A DNA stretch of 64,000 nucleotides from an uncultured Klebsiella sp. GTDB taxonomy: Bacteria > Verrucomicrobiota > Verrucomicrobiia > Opitutales > UBA953. The DNA lies in assembly GCA_964601955.1 (NCBI GenBank), contig CAZRPB010000001.1, positions 113 through 64,112 of the forward strand. The letters run 5' to 3'. The notes under the pieces were generated by a model that worked only from the letters and a program-made list of their open reading frames with translations, was not told the origin of the DNA and did no database searches. The first letter of the stretch is position 1. Each line of letters starts with the position of its first letter. Positions 55,071-64,000 of this stretch are shown here, one piece after another. A program made the translations under genes and the position numbers.

Positions 55071-55556
55071 TCATGCCAGGACCGGCGGCACGAACCACAG
55101 CAGCCGCCAACGTCCATGCGGCGCGCCGCGCGAAGGGGACGCGACGCGCTCAAGGGCGGCCACGGCCCCCTTGCGGAAGCGCACGGCCTCGGCGGAACGC
55201 GCGCCGAGGAGGAGGGCGAGCAAGGCGGCGAGATGGGGGTTGTGCCCGACGATCAGTCGCGGCCGCCGGGCGGTGGCGAGGAGGCGGGCGGTGACGGCGG
55301 GATCATCCTCGGGCGCGAGACCGGACAGGAGCCGCAGGCGTCGCGACGGCACGCCCGCGGCGCGCATGGCCAGCTCGGCGGTCTGGACGGAGCGCACGAG
55401 CCCGCTGTGCTCGACCAGGGGCGCGACGGCCGCGGCGACGGCGAAGGGACCCCGGCCCGCCCGCCTCGCCTGCCGCCGCCCCTTCGCCGTCAGCGGGCGC
55501 GCCGCATCGGGCTCGCCCGGCTCCGCTTCGGCATGTCGCATCAGGAACACCAGCAT
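55071..55556 (-). CDS. sixA: phosphohistidine phosphatase SixA
   Basis: MLVFLMRHAEA (RHG motif) and VGHNPHL are present. The start was taken at the ATG giving the canonical N-terminus. Confidence 0.65.
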   Translation of the reverse strand: MLVFLMRHAEAEPGEPDAARPLTAKGRRQARRAGRGPFAVAAAVAPLVEHSGLVRSVQTAELAMRAAGVPSRRLRLLSGLAPEDDPAVTARLLATARRPRLIVGHNPHLAALLALLLGARSAEAVRFRKGAVAALERVASPSRGAPHGRWRLLWFVPPVLA

Positions 55557-55632
55557 GCGTCGCATCATGACCGCGGACCCGTGCGACACAAATACGACTT
55601 GCGGCCGGTCGGGCGGCGATGACGAATGCTGC

Positions 55633-56598
55633 GTGCGTCTGACCGCGCTCCTGCTCCTGGCCGCCCTCACCGTCTCCTCGCAGGCGGCCGCCTATTCCCG
55701 GGCGGGCATGCGGTATGACGGCGTGATCTGCGTGGACGCGGCGACGGGCCGGGTCCTCGCCGAGGACTCGGCCGACTACCCGGGCCGCCCGGCGAGCGTG
55801 ACCAAGCTGATGACGCTCCTGCTGGTCCTCGAGGACATCGAATCGGGCGCCATCCGCTCCGACCGCAAGGTCAAGGCCACCCGGGAGGCGGCGCGCACGG
55901 GCGGCTCCCAAGTCTGGCTGGCCGAAGGCGAGTCCTTCACCGTCGACGAGCTGCTGCACGCGCTGATGCTGCAGTCGGCCAATGACGCGGCGGTCGCGCT
56001 GGCGGTCGACCGCGCCGGCTCCACCGCGGCCTTCGTCGCCCGGATGAACGAACGGGCCTCCCGCCTCGGCATGGCCGCGACGCGCTTCGCCTCGCCCAAC
56101 GGACTCACCGAGGGGGCCGGCCCCCACGACCGCAGCACCGCGCGCGACCTCGCCCGGCTCTGCGTGGAACTGGTGAAGAAGCCAGCGGCCCTGAAATACG
56201 CCTCCACGCGCTCGTTCATGCTCTTCCGCCCCGGCGGCCGCTCCATCCGGCTGACGAACCACAACCATCTGCTCACCGATTACCGCGGATGCGACGGCCT
56301 CAAGACCGGCTACACGTCCGCCTCCAACGCCTCCATCGCCACCACGGCCGTCCGCGACGGGCGACGGGTGATCGCGATCGTCCTCGGCTGCGACAGCCCC
56401 GCCGGCGCCAAGCCCGAGCAACGCATCCGCGACCAGCTCGCCGGCGAGCTGATGGACGTCGGCTTCGCCAGTCTGGCGGCCCTGGCCGAGGCGGAAGCGG
56501 CCAAGCAGGCCAGCCTCAAGGCAGCCCCCAAGACCCAGGGTCGACCCGCCCGGGAGCCCGACATCTGGGACCGGCTGGCGGATCTTTTTAGTTTCTAA
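55633..56598 (+). CDS. D-alanyl-D-alanine carboxypeptidase (peptidase S11, PBP5/6-like)
   Basis: SVTK, SAND and KTGYT motifs are present. GTG 55633 gives the signal peptide (M)RLTALLLLAALTVSSQAAA. The rest of track ORF 54343-56598 is antisense to the tonB-like and sixA genes. Confidence 0.8.
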   Translation: MRLTALLLLAALTVSSQAAAYSRAGMRYDGVICVDAATGRVLAEDSADYPGRPASVTKLMTLLLVLEDIESGAIRSDRKVKATREAARTGGSQVWLAEGESFTVDELLHALMLQSANDAAVALAVDRAGSTAAFVARMNERASRLGMAATRFASPNGLTEGAGPHDRSTARDLARLCVELVKKPAALKYASTRSFMLFRPGGRSIRLTNHNHLLTDYRGCDGLKTGYTSASNASIATTAVRDGRRVIAIVLGCDSPAGAKPEQRIRDQLAGELMDVGFASLAALAEAEAAKQASLKAAPKTQGRPAREPDIWDRLADLFSF

Positions 56599-56629
56599 CC
56601 CCCAGCGAGACATAGGGTTGAAGAAGTAG

Positions 56630-56643
56630 TGAACATTTGTTCA
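56630..56643. promoter_or_regulatory. candidate LexA (SOS) box upstream of recA
   Basis: TGAAC-ATTT-GTTCA is a perfect palindrome 58 nt upstream of the recA ATG. It lies in the AT-richest part of the spacer. Confidence 0.5.
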
Positions 56644-56700
56644 TTTTGCTTGCCACCGCGGTGGGTTCCGTCACTTTGAGGTCACCAACAACCCACGCCC

Positions 56701-57783
<1,083 letters not shown>

Positions 57784-57807
57784 GTTTTCGTTGTTGGCTT
57801 CCTAGCC

Positions 57808-57838
57808 CGGGCCGCGCGCAAGCGCGGCCCGTCTCTTT
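57808..57838 (+). terminator. rho-independent terminator after recA
   Basis: CGGGCCGCGC-GCAA-GCGCGGCCCG followed by TCTCTTT. Confidence 0.55.
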
Positions 57839-57843
57839 ACGGG

Positions 57844-59175
57844 TCAGCGTGCCGGAAGGTCCTCGATCCGCAGCTCGCTTTCGACGGTCGCCGCACCGGC
57901 GGCCTTGAGCGCGGCCTCAAGGCGCAGGAACTCCGTCTGGCTCTCCGCGACGACTTTCTCCATGTCTGCCTTGGCCTCCTTGGAGCGGAAGAGGGTCTTG
58001 ATCTGCTTGGTCTCGTAGGCCTGCTTCTCACCGACGGCCTTCCAGACGGCGGCGAACGTGGGGGCGGTCGGATTGTCCGGGAACTCGGCGGCGAGATTGA
58101 CGCCGGAGGCGAGCGCGGCGGCGGTGAAATCCTTGGACTTGCCGCCCCAGGTCACGCGTCCGACGGACCCCTTCAGTCCGGTGACGCGCAGGGTGAGGCG
58201 ATTGAAGCGTCCGTGGAAGTCGGTGAGCGCGGCGCCGGCCGCCATGGCGGAATCGCTCCGCACGTCGCCCGGCTCGACCGCGAAAGGGATGCGGTCATGG
58301 ATGACCCGGATCAGACCTGCGGGCAGCACCTGGCCGTCGCGCACACGGAAGGCGCGCTGGCCGTCACGGGAGGTCACGTTCATCCCGCCGGGCGTGAGCT
58401 CGGCCTCGATGGTGCCGAGGTCGCCGTCCAACCCCATGGCGTCCAGGAAGGCGGCCGCCATGACCATGTGGCCGGCCCAGCCGGGATGCACCCCGTCGGC
58501 CCCCTCGATTTTGAAGGCGTCGCCGTGCAGGGCGCGCATGCGGTGTCCGTGCGTGAGCATCGGCCAGTAGACGTCAGCGAAGCCCGCGTCCTCGTCGTCG
58601 GCGACCTCGATGGCGATGTCACGGAAACGCAGCAGGGAGAGGTTGAGCTCCTCCCAGGTGCCGCGCGCGGTCTTCACCCAGGGCGGCACGGAATGGATGG
58701 TGCCGGGGGAGCCGACGATCGTCCGTACGCCGGACTCACGGAAGGTGCGGACGATCTGGGTCAGGTTGGATCGGTAGGCCTCGCCGAGGTCGGGCTGGTA
58801 GGGCACGTAGCGGAAGTCGTTCATGCCGTAGCAGGTCGTGGCGACCGTCGGCCGGAAGCGGATGACGTCGTTCTTCATCCGTCGCAGGAAGCCGCCGGCC
58901 TGCTCGCCGCTCCACCCGTACTGCCGGCAGGACACGCCGAGGTCGCGCCGCGCCGTGGCGAGGTACGCCTCGATCACACGGCTGTACATCTTCTGCTCCG
59001 TGATGGAGTCGCCGCAGAGCGCGAGTCGGTCGCCGGGCAGGAGCCTGAGGCCGTCGGGCCGCGGCGCCTTCCGCCCGACGTAATGCTCCGGGACGCCGGA
59101 GGGGACGGGCTCATGGACGACGGCGGCGCAGGCGGCGAGCAGCAGGACGCCGAGGGCGAAGACGGGGCGGGTCAT
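57844..59175 (-). CDS. SGNH/GDSL-family hydrolase, secreted
   Basis: A signal peptide plus LCGDSITEQ, GMNDF and DGVHPG blocks, with a C-terminal extra domain. Confidence 0.65.
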   Translation of the reverse strand: MTRPVFALGVLLLAACAAVVHEPVPSGVPEHYVGRKAPRPDGLRLLPGDRLALCGDSITEQKMYSRVIEAYLATARRDLGVSCRQYGWSGEQAGGFLRRMKNDVIRFRPTVATTCYGMNDFRYVPYQPDLGEAYRSNLTQIVRTFRESGVRTIVGSPGTIHSVPPWVKTARGTWEELNLSLLRFRDIAIEVADDEDAGFADVYWPMLTHGHRMRALHGDAFKIEGADGVHPGWAGHMVMAAAFLDAMGLDGDLGTIEAELTPGGMNVTSRDGQRAFRVRDGQVLPAGLIRVIHDRIPFAVEPGDVRSDSAMAAGAALTDFHGRFNRLTLRVTGLKGSVGRVTWGGKSKDFTAAALASGVNLAAEFPDNPTAPTFAAVWKAVGEKQAYETKQIKTLFRSKEAKADMEKVVAESQTEFLRLEAALKAAGAATVESELRIEDLPAR

Positions 59176-59518
59176 GGCTTAGCGATACTATGACACGCTC
59201 CTGAATCCACCCGAAACGCCGCCGGCGCTTGCCAAAGGCGGCCGGCGCGGCCATGTTGACCGTCCCCTGCGGTGTTCGACACCCGCGGCAGCATCCGTCT
59301 CCTACGATCATAATCAACGGGAGGCGCGACCCGACCGGCCTCGTCCGAGCCGTGGCAACGCGCCGCCCACCTTAACTCCAGGAAAACTGGAGCTCCATCG
59401 GAACCGGCACAGGCGGGGGAATCTTTTTGAAAGCAGAGGACAGGGGACGGATGACTGGGAGGATCGGGACCGCGTCACGACCTGACTGACCCTGACCGCC
59501 AACCGCCTCCACCTGCCT

Positions 59519-60832
59519 TCAACCCAGGTCGAGCGGCCCGCCTTCGCAGAGGCTCGGGTTGCCGAACTTGGGGATGCGGTGTCCGAAGGCGTGAGCGAGC
59601 GAAAGCAGCAGGCGGTTGTGAGGCTGCTTGTCGAAGGCGAGTGCGCGGCCGGTCCTGAAGCCGAGTCCGCCGCCGAGCAGCAGCCAGGGGATGTCCTCAT
59701 GGGTGTGGCTGTTGCCCTTCCCGAGCTCGTTCGTCCAGACGATGGTGGTGTGGTCGAGCATGCTGCCCCGCCCTCCCGGCTCCGGCGTGTCCTGCAGGCG
59801 CTTCGCGAGATGGGCGAGCTGCTCCGCGAACCAGACGTTGATCTTGATGAGCTTCTCCTGCGAGCCGGCGTTCAGGTCGGGATCGTGCGAAAGGGCGTGG
59901 TGCGTCTCCTCGACCCCCGCCCAGCGCATGCGCGCCTGGCCGACGGAATGGGTGAACTGGAAGGTGGCCACGCGGGCCAGGTCGTTCTGGAAGGCGCTGA
60001 TGAGGAGCTCGGTCTGCATGCGCGTGATCTCCGGGATGTTGTCGTTCTCGAGGAGCACGCCCGCCTGCGGAGCGGGAGGCACGGCCACGTCACCGCTGGC
60101 CGCCTGCTGCTGCAGCTCCTTCTCCATCTCACGCAGAGCGGTGGCGTGACGGTCCAGGGCCTCGCGGTCCTTGGCGTCGACGCGGGCCGAGATCCTGGCC
60201 AGGTCCGACCGCAGGCCGTCGAGCACGGATGCGAGACTCTCGCGGTCCTTGGTCTGCCCGTAGAGCTTCTCAAACATCGCGTAGGGGCTGGTGACCGGCG
60301 TCATGGGCTGGTTCGGACCGGCGTAACTCCAGCGGGTCCAGGGATCGGCCCGGTTGGGCACGGCGACGCCGAACTCGAGCGATCCGTGGCGCGTCTTGGT
60401 GGCGGGGTCGGACTGGAGGAACCGGCGGATCTCCTGGTCGATGGAAGGACCGCTGGCCCAGCCGGCCGGAGTCTCCCCGCCGCCCTGGATGTTGCCGGGG
60501 AAGAGCTCGATGCCGGTGAGCAGGCAGCTCATGCCGCGCATGTGGCCGTCGCCGTCCCCGCGGACGCGGTTGTTGACGCCGCGCAGAGTGAGGAGGCGGT
60601 CACGGAAGGGCGCGAGCGGGGCCAGGATGCGCTTGAGACGGAACTTGTCTCCGACGGGCTCAGGCCAGAACTCGGAAGGGATCGTGCCGTTGGGCGAGAA
60701 GACGAAGATGATGCGACGGCGAGGGGAGGCGCCCTGCGCGGCGTTCAGCGAGGGCAGCCCGGCGAGCAGTGGGAGCGCGGCGGCCGAAAGGCCCAGGCGG
60801 CGGAGGAAGTCGCGGCGGTGATGGAGGCTCAT
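59519..60832 (-). CDS. DUF1552-domain protein (Tat signal)
   Basis: Twin-arginine leader HHRRDFLRRLGLSAAALPLL. Its size and its pairing with the upstream DUF1592-type gene are typical of PVC genomes (from memory). Confidence 0.7.
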   Translation of the reverse strand: MSLHHRRDFLRRLGLSAAALPLLAGLPSLNAAQGASPRRRIIFVFSPNGTIPSEFWPEPVGDKFRLKRILAPLAPFRDRLLTLRGVNNRVRGDGDGHMRGMSCLLTGIELFPGNIQGGGETPAGWASGPSIDQEIRRFLQSDPATKTRHGSLEFGVAVPNRADPWTRWSYAGPNQPMTPVTSPYAMFEKLYGQTKDRESLASVLDGLRSDLARISARVDAKDREALDRHATALREMEKELQQQAASGDVAVPPAPQAGVLLENDNIPEITRMQTELLISAFQNDLARVATFQFTHSVGQARMRWAGVEETHHALSHDPDLNAGSQEKLIKINVWFAEQLAHLAKRLQDTPEPGGRGSMLDHTTIVWTNELGKGNSHTHEDIPWLLLGGGLGFRTGRALAFDKQPHNRLLLSLAHAFGHRIPKFGNPSLCEGGPLDLG

Positions 60833-60837
60833 GGACG

Positions 60838-63171
60838 TCAGTTCGGAAGGGGCGGAGGCAGGGCGGCCATCACGGCGATCTCCACCGCGAGGTCACGGAC
60901 ATGGAAGCCGCCGCTGCGGAAACCCTCGGCGAGACGGCCTACGGCGTCGGGCGACCAGGCCGCAGGCGGCTGCCGGACGATGGCGTGGAAGAGGTTGCGC
61001 GCGAAGCCGGCCTGGCCGCCGGGGCTCTCGACGGCGTGCCGCGCGACGTCCCTCGCCCCCTGCAGGCGGAGGACGGATCCGTCGGCGGCCTGATACTCGG
61101 AGACGGGATCGACGGGCTTGCTGTTGTCGGTGGCGCGCAGGCGCCCGACGGCGTCGAAGCGCTCGAGGCTGAAGCCGAGGGGGTTGATGGTCACGTGACA
61201 GGACATGCACGCGGGCTTGGAAGTGAGCTCGGTCACCTTCTCGCGCATGGTCAGCGAAGGGTCGAACTTGTCGTCCATGAAGGCGATCGCCATGGGCGGC
61301 GGGCGCAGCATCCGGCCGAGGATGTTGCGCGTGACGAAGACGCCGCGGTGGATGGGCGAGGAGGACTTGTGGTAGGAGAGCGTGGCCAGCACGTAGGGAT
61401 GCGTGAGCACGCCGGCGCGGTGGTCGGCGTCGAGACGCACGGGCTCGAACCCTCGGCCGGCCGGCTCGGGCTGACCGTAGAATCTGGCGAGGCGGCGGTT
61501 GAGCAGGACGGTGTCGCCGAGCAGGAGCTCGCGGTAGTCGGACTTCTCCGACCACACGACGCGCTCCACGGTCAGGTCCAGCGAAGTGAGAAGGTCGGCG
61601 ACGACCGCGCGGTCGAAGCCGGGGTAGGCCTGCGCGTCCTTGGCGAGGTCGGCGTCCTCCTCGACGTGGAGCCAGTGCCTGAAGAAGTCGGCCAGCTTCG
61701 CCCGGGCGCGGGGGTCCTGCATCATGCGTCGGGCCTGGGCGCGCACCTGGGCGGGCTCTCGCAGCCGGTCGGCCGCAGCCTCCTTGAGCAGGGCCTCGTC
61801 GGGCAGCGAATCCCAGAGGGCGAGCGCGAGCCTGGCCGCGACGGCGTGGGACGAAGCGCCGCGGTGATCGGGATAGAGGAACTGGGGCGAGGAGAGGATG
61901 CGCAGGACGGCTCGCCGGGCCGCGGTCTCGGGGGCGAGGCCGGGCGCGAAGATCGCGCGGAGCTCGGACCTCTCCGCCTCCTCGAGCGGACGGCGGTAGG
62001 CGCGCTCGGCCAGACGCAGGCAGAACTCCGCCAGCTTCACGCCCTTGTCCTTGGCCTCGGGCGCCGTGCCGGCGTATTCAAGCATCTTGGGCTCGAGCAG
62101 GCCGGCGGCCTCGAAGGCGCCGCGCGCGACGGCTTCCGTCCACTCGCGGGAGACGCCCACGCCGCGCTCGTAGCCGAGCGAGGCGTCGTCGGCCGGAAAA
62201 TCGGCGGCGACGACGTCGGTGCGCGAGGACGGCTCCGGGGAGAGGCTCTCGGGCGGGATCACCTCCCAGACTCCGCCGGGCGGACGCCACTCGAGGCGGA
62301 TGGCGGCGGTCTTGTCCTTGTACTTGAAGTAGTCGAGCTTGAGCGGGTAGGGGCGGCCTCCGAGCAACAGCAGCTCGGCCTCGCCGACGCGCACGGCGCC
62401 CGAACTGACCCAGAGGTCGACGGTGGCGGCGCGCCCGAGGGCGCCGGAGTCGTCGCGGGTGTTCTCATTGGCGCTCACCGGGCTGTTGAGATAGAGACGC
62501 GCGCCGTTCGGCGTGGTGACGCGGAAGGCGTAGACGCCGGTGTCGCGCACGAGCAGCGAGCCCTCCCAGCTGATCGAGAACTGGTCCTTCTTCATCTTCT
62601 CCGCCGGAGCCCCCGCGCCGAAGTCGAAGTCGACCGAAGGGTCGGTGCGCTCCAGCGCCTTGCGGGCGCGCTTGTTCATGCCGTCGGAGTCGTGGTAGGT
62701 GGCCTTGAGTCCGCCCGCGGCCGCGGCGGTCCGCCTGGGCCGGAAGGAACCGAGCAGGTCGGCCATCGTCTCGCGGTACTGGCGCACGGTGAGGTGCGCC
62801 AGCTCGATGCGCGGCGGGTTGTTCCGGGCGCGGGCCTCGGGTGAGTAGAACTTTCCGTGGACGTAGGCCGCCACGGCGGCGGCGTCAGCCTCGCTGAGCG
62901 AGCCGGGGTCGTCCTCGGGCATCTCGCGGACGATGTAGCGCGCCAGCGCGGCGGGGGACTTCTCCCCGAACAGGGCTTCGTCCGCCTTGCCCGCGACGCC
63001 CTCGCCCATGGGACCGTGGCAGGAGCGGCAGTCCTGCCGGTAGATAGCCTCGCCCGAACGGGGCGGACCGTGCTTCTTGAGATAGGAGCGGTAGCCCGAC
63101 CATCCGGCCGCGAGGACGAAGGCCGCGCAGAGAAGCCAGAGGCCTGTCTTGATGACGCGAGGGAGGGCCAT
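60838..63171 (-). CDS. DUF1592/DUF1588/DUF1595-family protein with N-terminal c-type cytochrome motif and PA14-like insert
   Basis: A TM anchor, heme motif CRSCHG and a PA14-like segment (FSISWEGSLLVRDTGVYAFRV..GARLYLN) precede a long helical body. Confidence 0.7.
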   Translation of the reverse strand: MALPRVIKTGLWLLCAAFVLAAGWSGYRSYLKKHGPPRSGEAIYRQDCRSCHGPMGEGVAGKADEALFGEKSPAALARYIVREMPEDDPGSLSEADAAAVAAYVHGKFYSPEARARNNPPRIELAHLTVRQYRETMADLLGSFRPRRTAAAAGGLKATYHDSDGMNKRARKALERTDPSVDFDFGAGAPAEKMKKDQFSISWEGSLLVRDTGVYAFRVTTPNGARLYLNSPVSANENTRDDSGALGRAATVDLWVSSGAVRVGEAELLLLGGRPYPLKLDYFKYKDKTAAIRLEWRPPGGVWEVIPPESLSPEPSSRTDVVAADFPADDASLGYERGVGVSREWTEAVARGAFEAAGLLEPKMLEYAGTAPEAKDKGVKLAEFCLRLAERAYRRPLEEAERSELRAIFAPGLAPETAARRAVLRILSSPQFLYPDHRGASSHAVAARLALALWDSLPDEALLKEAAADRLREPAQVRAQARRMMQDPRARAKLADFFRHWLHVEEDADLAKDAQAYPGFDRAVVADLLTSLDLTVERVVWSEKSDYRELLLGDTVLLNRRLARFYGQPEPAGRGFEPVRLDADHRAGVLTHPYVLATLSYHKSSSPIHRGVFVTRNILGRMLRPPPMAIAFMDDKFDPSLTMREKVTELTSKPACMSCHVTINPLGFSLERFDAVGRLRATDNSKPVDPVSEYQAADGSVLRLQGARDVARHAVESPGGQAGFARNLFHAIVRQPPAAWSPDAVGRLAEGFRSGGFHVRDLAVEIAVMAALPPPLPN

Positions 63172-63207
63172 GCGGGGTACGACCCCGAAGGACAGCGGGC
63201 AGTTCCG

Positions 63208-63891
63208 CTAAATCAAGCCGGCTTCGCCGAAACTGAACCAGCCCTTGCCTCCCGGATCGGCCTCAGGCCGGCCGACCACCACGTGGTCCAGCAGTTCGAC
63301 GCCCACCACCCTGCCCGCTTCGGCCAGCTGCCGGGTGACCGCCCGGTCGGCTGGACTGGGCGAGGGGTCGCCGCTCGGGTGATTGTGGGCGACGATGGCG
63401 GCGCAGGCGGCGTGACGGAGGGCCTGACGGAACACCTCACGCGGATGCAGCAACGAGCTGGTGGCCGTGCCGGAACTCACCTCGTGCAGGGCGAGCAGCC
63501 GGTTGCGGCGGTTGAGGCAGAGCACCCAGCACTTCTCCACCGCGAGGCCCGCGGCGAGCGGCTCCAGCCGTGCCCAGACCTTGGCCGGAGCGTCGAGCCG
63601 GTCGCCGGGGTCATGCGCGCGCTCGCGGATGCGCCTGGCCAGCTCGACGGCCGCGGCGAGCTCGGCGGCCTTGGCGGGACCGAGACCGCGCACGCGGCCG
63701 AAGTCGGCGGGCTCCCATCCGCTCAGCGCGCTGAGCCCGCCGGACTCGGTGAGCAGCTCACGGGCGACGGCCGAGACCGGCGCGCCACGCGTGCCCACGC
63801 CGATCAGCAGCTCCAGCAGTTCCGCGTCCAGCAGGGCGCGCGGGCCGAGTCGCTGGAGACGTTCGCGCGGACGGTCATCGGAAGAGGGCAT
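63208..63891 (-). CDS. radC: RadC-family JAB-domain protein
   Basis: An N-terminal HhH-like region and the JAMM motif HNHPSGDPSPSPAD are present. Confidence 0.85.
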   Translation of the reverse strand: MPSSDDRPRERLQRLGPRALLDAELLELLIGVGTRGAPVSAVARELLTESGGLSALSGWEPADFGRVRGLGPAKAAELAAAVELARRIRERAHDPGDRLDAPAKVWARLEPLAAGLAVEKCWVLCLNRRNRLLALHEVSSGTATSSLLHPREVFRQALRHAACAAIVAHNHPSGDPSPSPADRAVTRQLAEAGRVVGVELLDHVVVGRPEADPGGKGWFSFGEAGLI

Positions 63892-64000
63892 CCTCCGAGA
63901 CCACCCCGCGGCGCATCGGACTCAACCAAGGTTAAGCCCCAGCGGAACCCTTCCCTCACCGGCCGGCCGGCTCGTCCAGGAACGCGACCTTGCCAGTCTT

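Noticed and set aside
54343-55632. N-terminal 430 aa of track ORF 54343-56598, and the overlapping divergent ATGs at 55555/55556 (GCATGC).
   Set aside because: This part is antisense to the TonB-like and SixA genes and is Arg/Gly-rich. The carboxypeptidase has a proper signal peptide from GTG 55633. Divergent genes sharing start codons would leave no promoter space.
63956-64000. Possible 3' end of a minus-strand gene running off the window edge (..KTGKVAFLDEPAGR-stop).
   Set aside because: Only 14 codons are visible, so neither coding status nor identity can be supported.

Overview
GC-rich (about two-thirds G+C by eye), gene-dense chromosomal segment. I count about 60 protein genes, 2 tRNAs, 4 hairpin terminators and 2 operator-like palindromes. 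I found no rRNA, CRISPR array, transposase, integrase or phage structural gene. Several gene sets point to the PVC superphylum, probably a Verrucomicrobiota (Opitutales-like) chromosome: an Amuc_1098-1102-type secretin/PilM cluster, a DUF1552/DUF1592 pair, ThuA/DUF1080 genes and a GldG/DUF4340 ABC operon. That placement is inference, not computed. Most of the window is housekeeping: ribB-ribH-nusB, ftsY, aroB, accBC, prmB, folE2, znuABC-like, nfeD/floA, def, ptsH, pdhABC, sixA, a DD-carboxypeptidase, recA and radC. Leads, best first. (1) The nusB reading frame begins with a ribosomal-protein-S10/NusE-like domain that lacks the ribosome-anchoring loop. This looks like a natural single-chain NusE(delta-loop)-NusB. 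(2) A five-gene, terminator-bounded secretin/PilM-PilN/Amuc_1100-like operon with no pilin, ATPase or platform gene. (3) A tightly coupled operon of two GYF-Yip1-like membrane paralogs, DUF2752 and a membrane-tethered His-Me nuclease. (4) A five-gene translationally coupled ABC/GldG/DUF4340/AsmA-like envelope operon. (5) A tandem pair of internally duplicated coiled-coil paralogs, one with and one without a signal peptide. (6) A perfect 9-1-9 Fur/Zur-type palindrome in the divergent promoter shared by the pilus-like operon and znuA, and a GAAC-N4-GTTC box upstream of recA. All family assignments come from reading motifs by eye and from memory of families. No searches were run. The many long ORFs antisense to real genes are treated as high-GC shadow ORFs.
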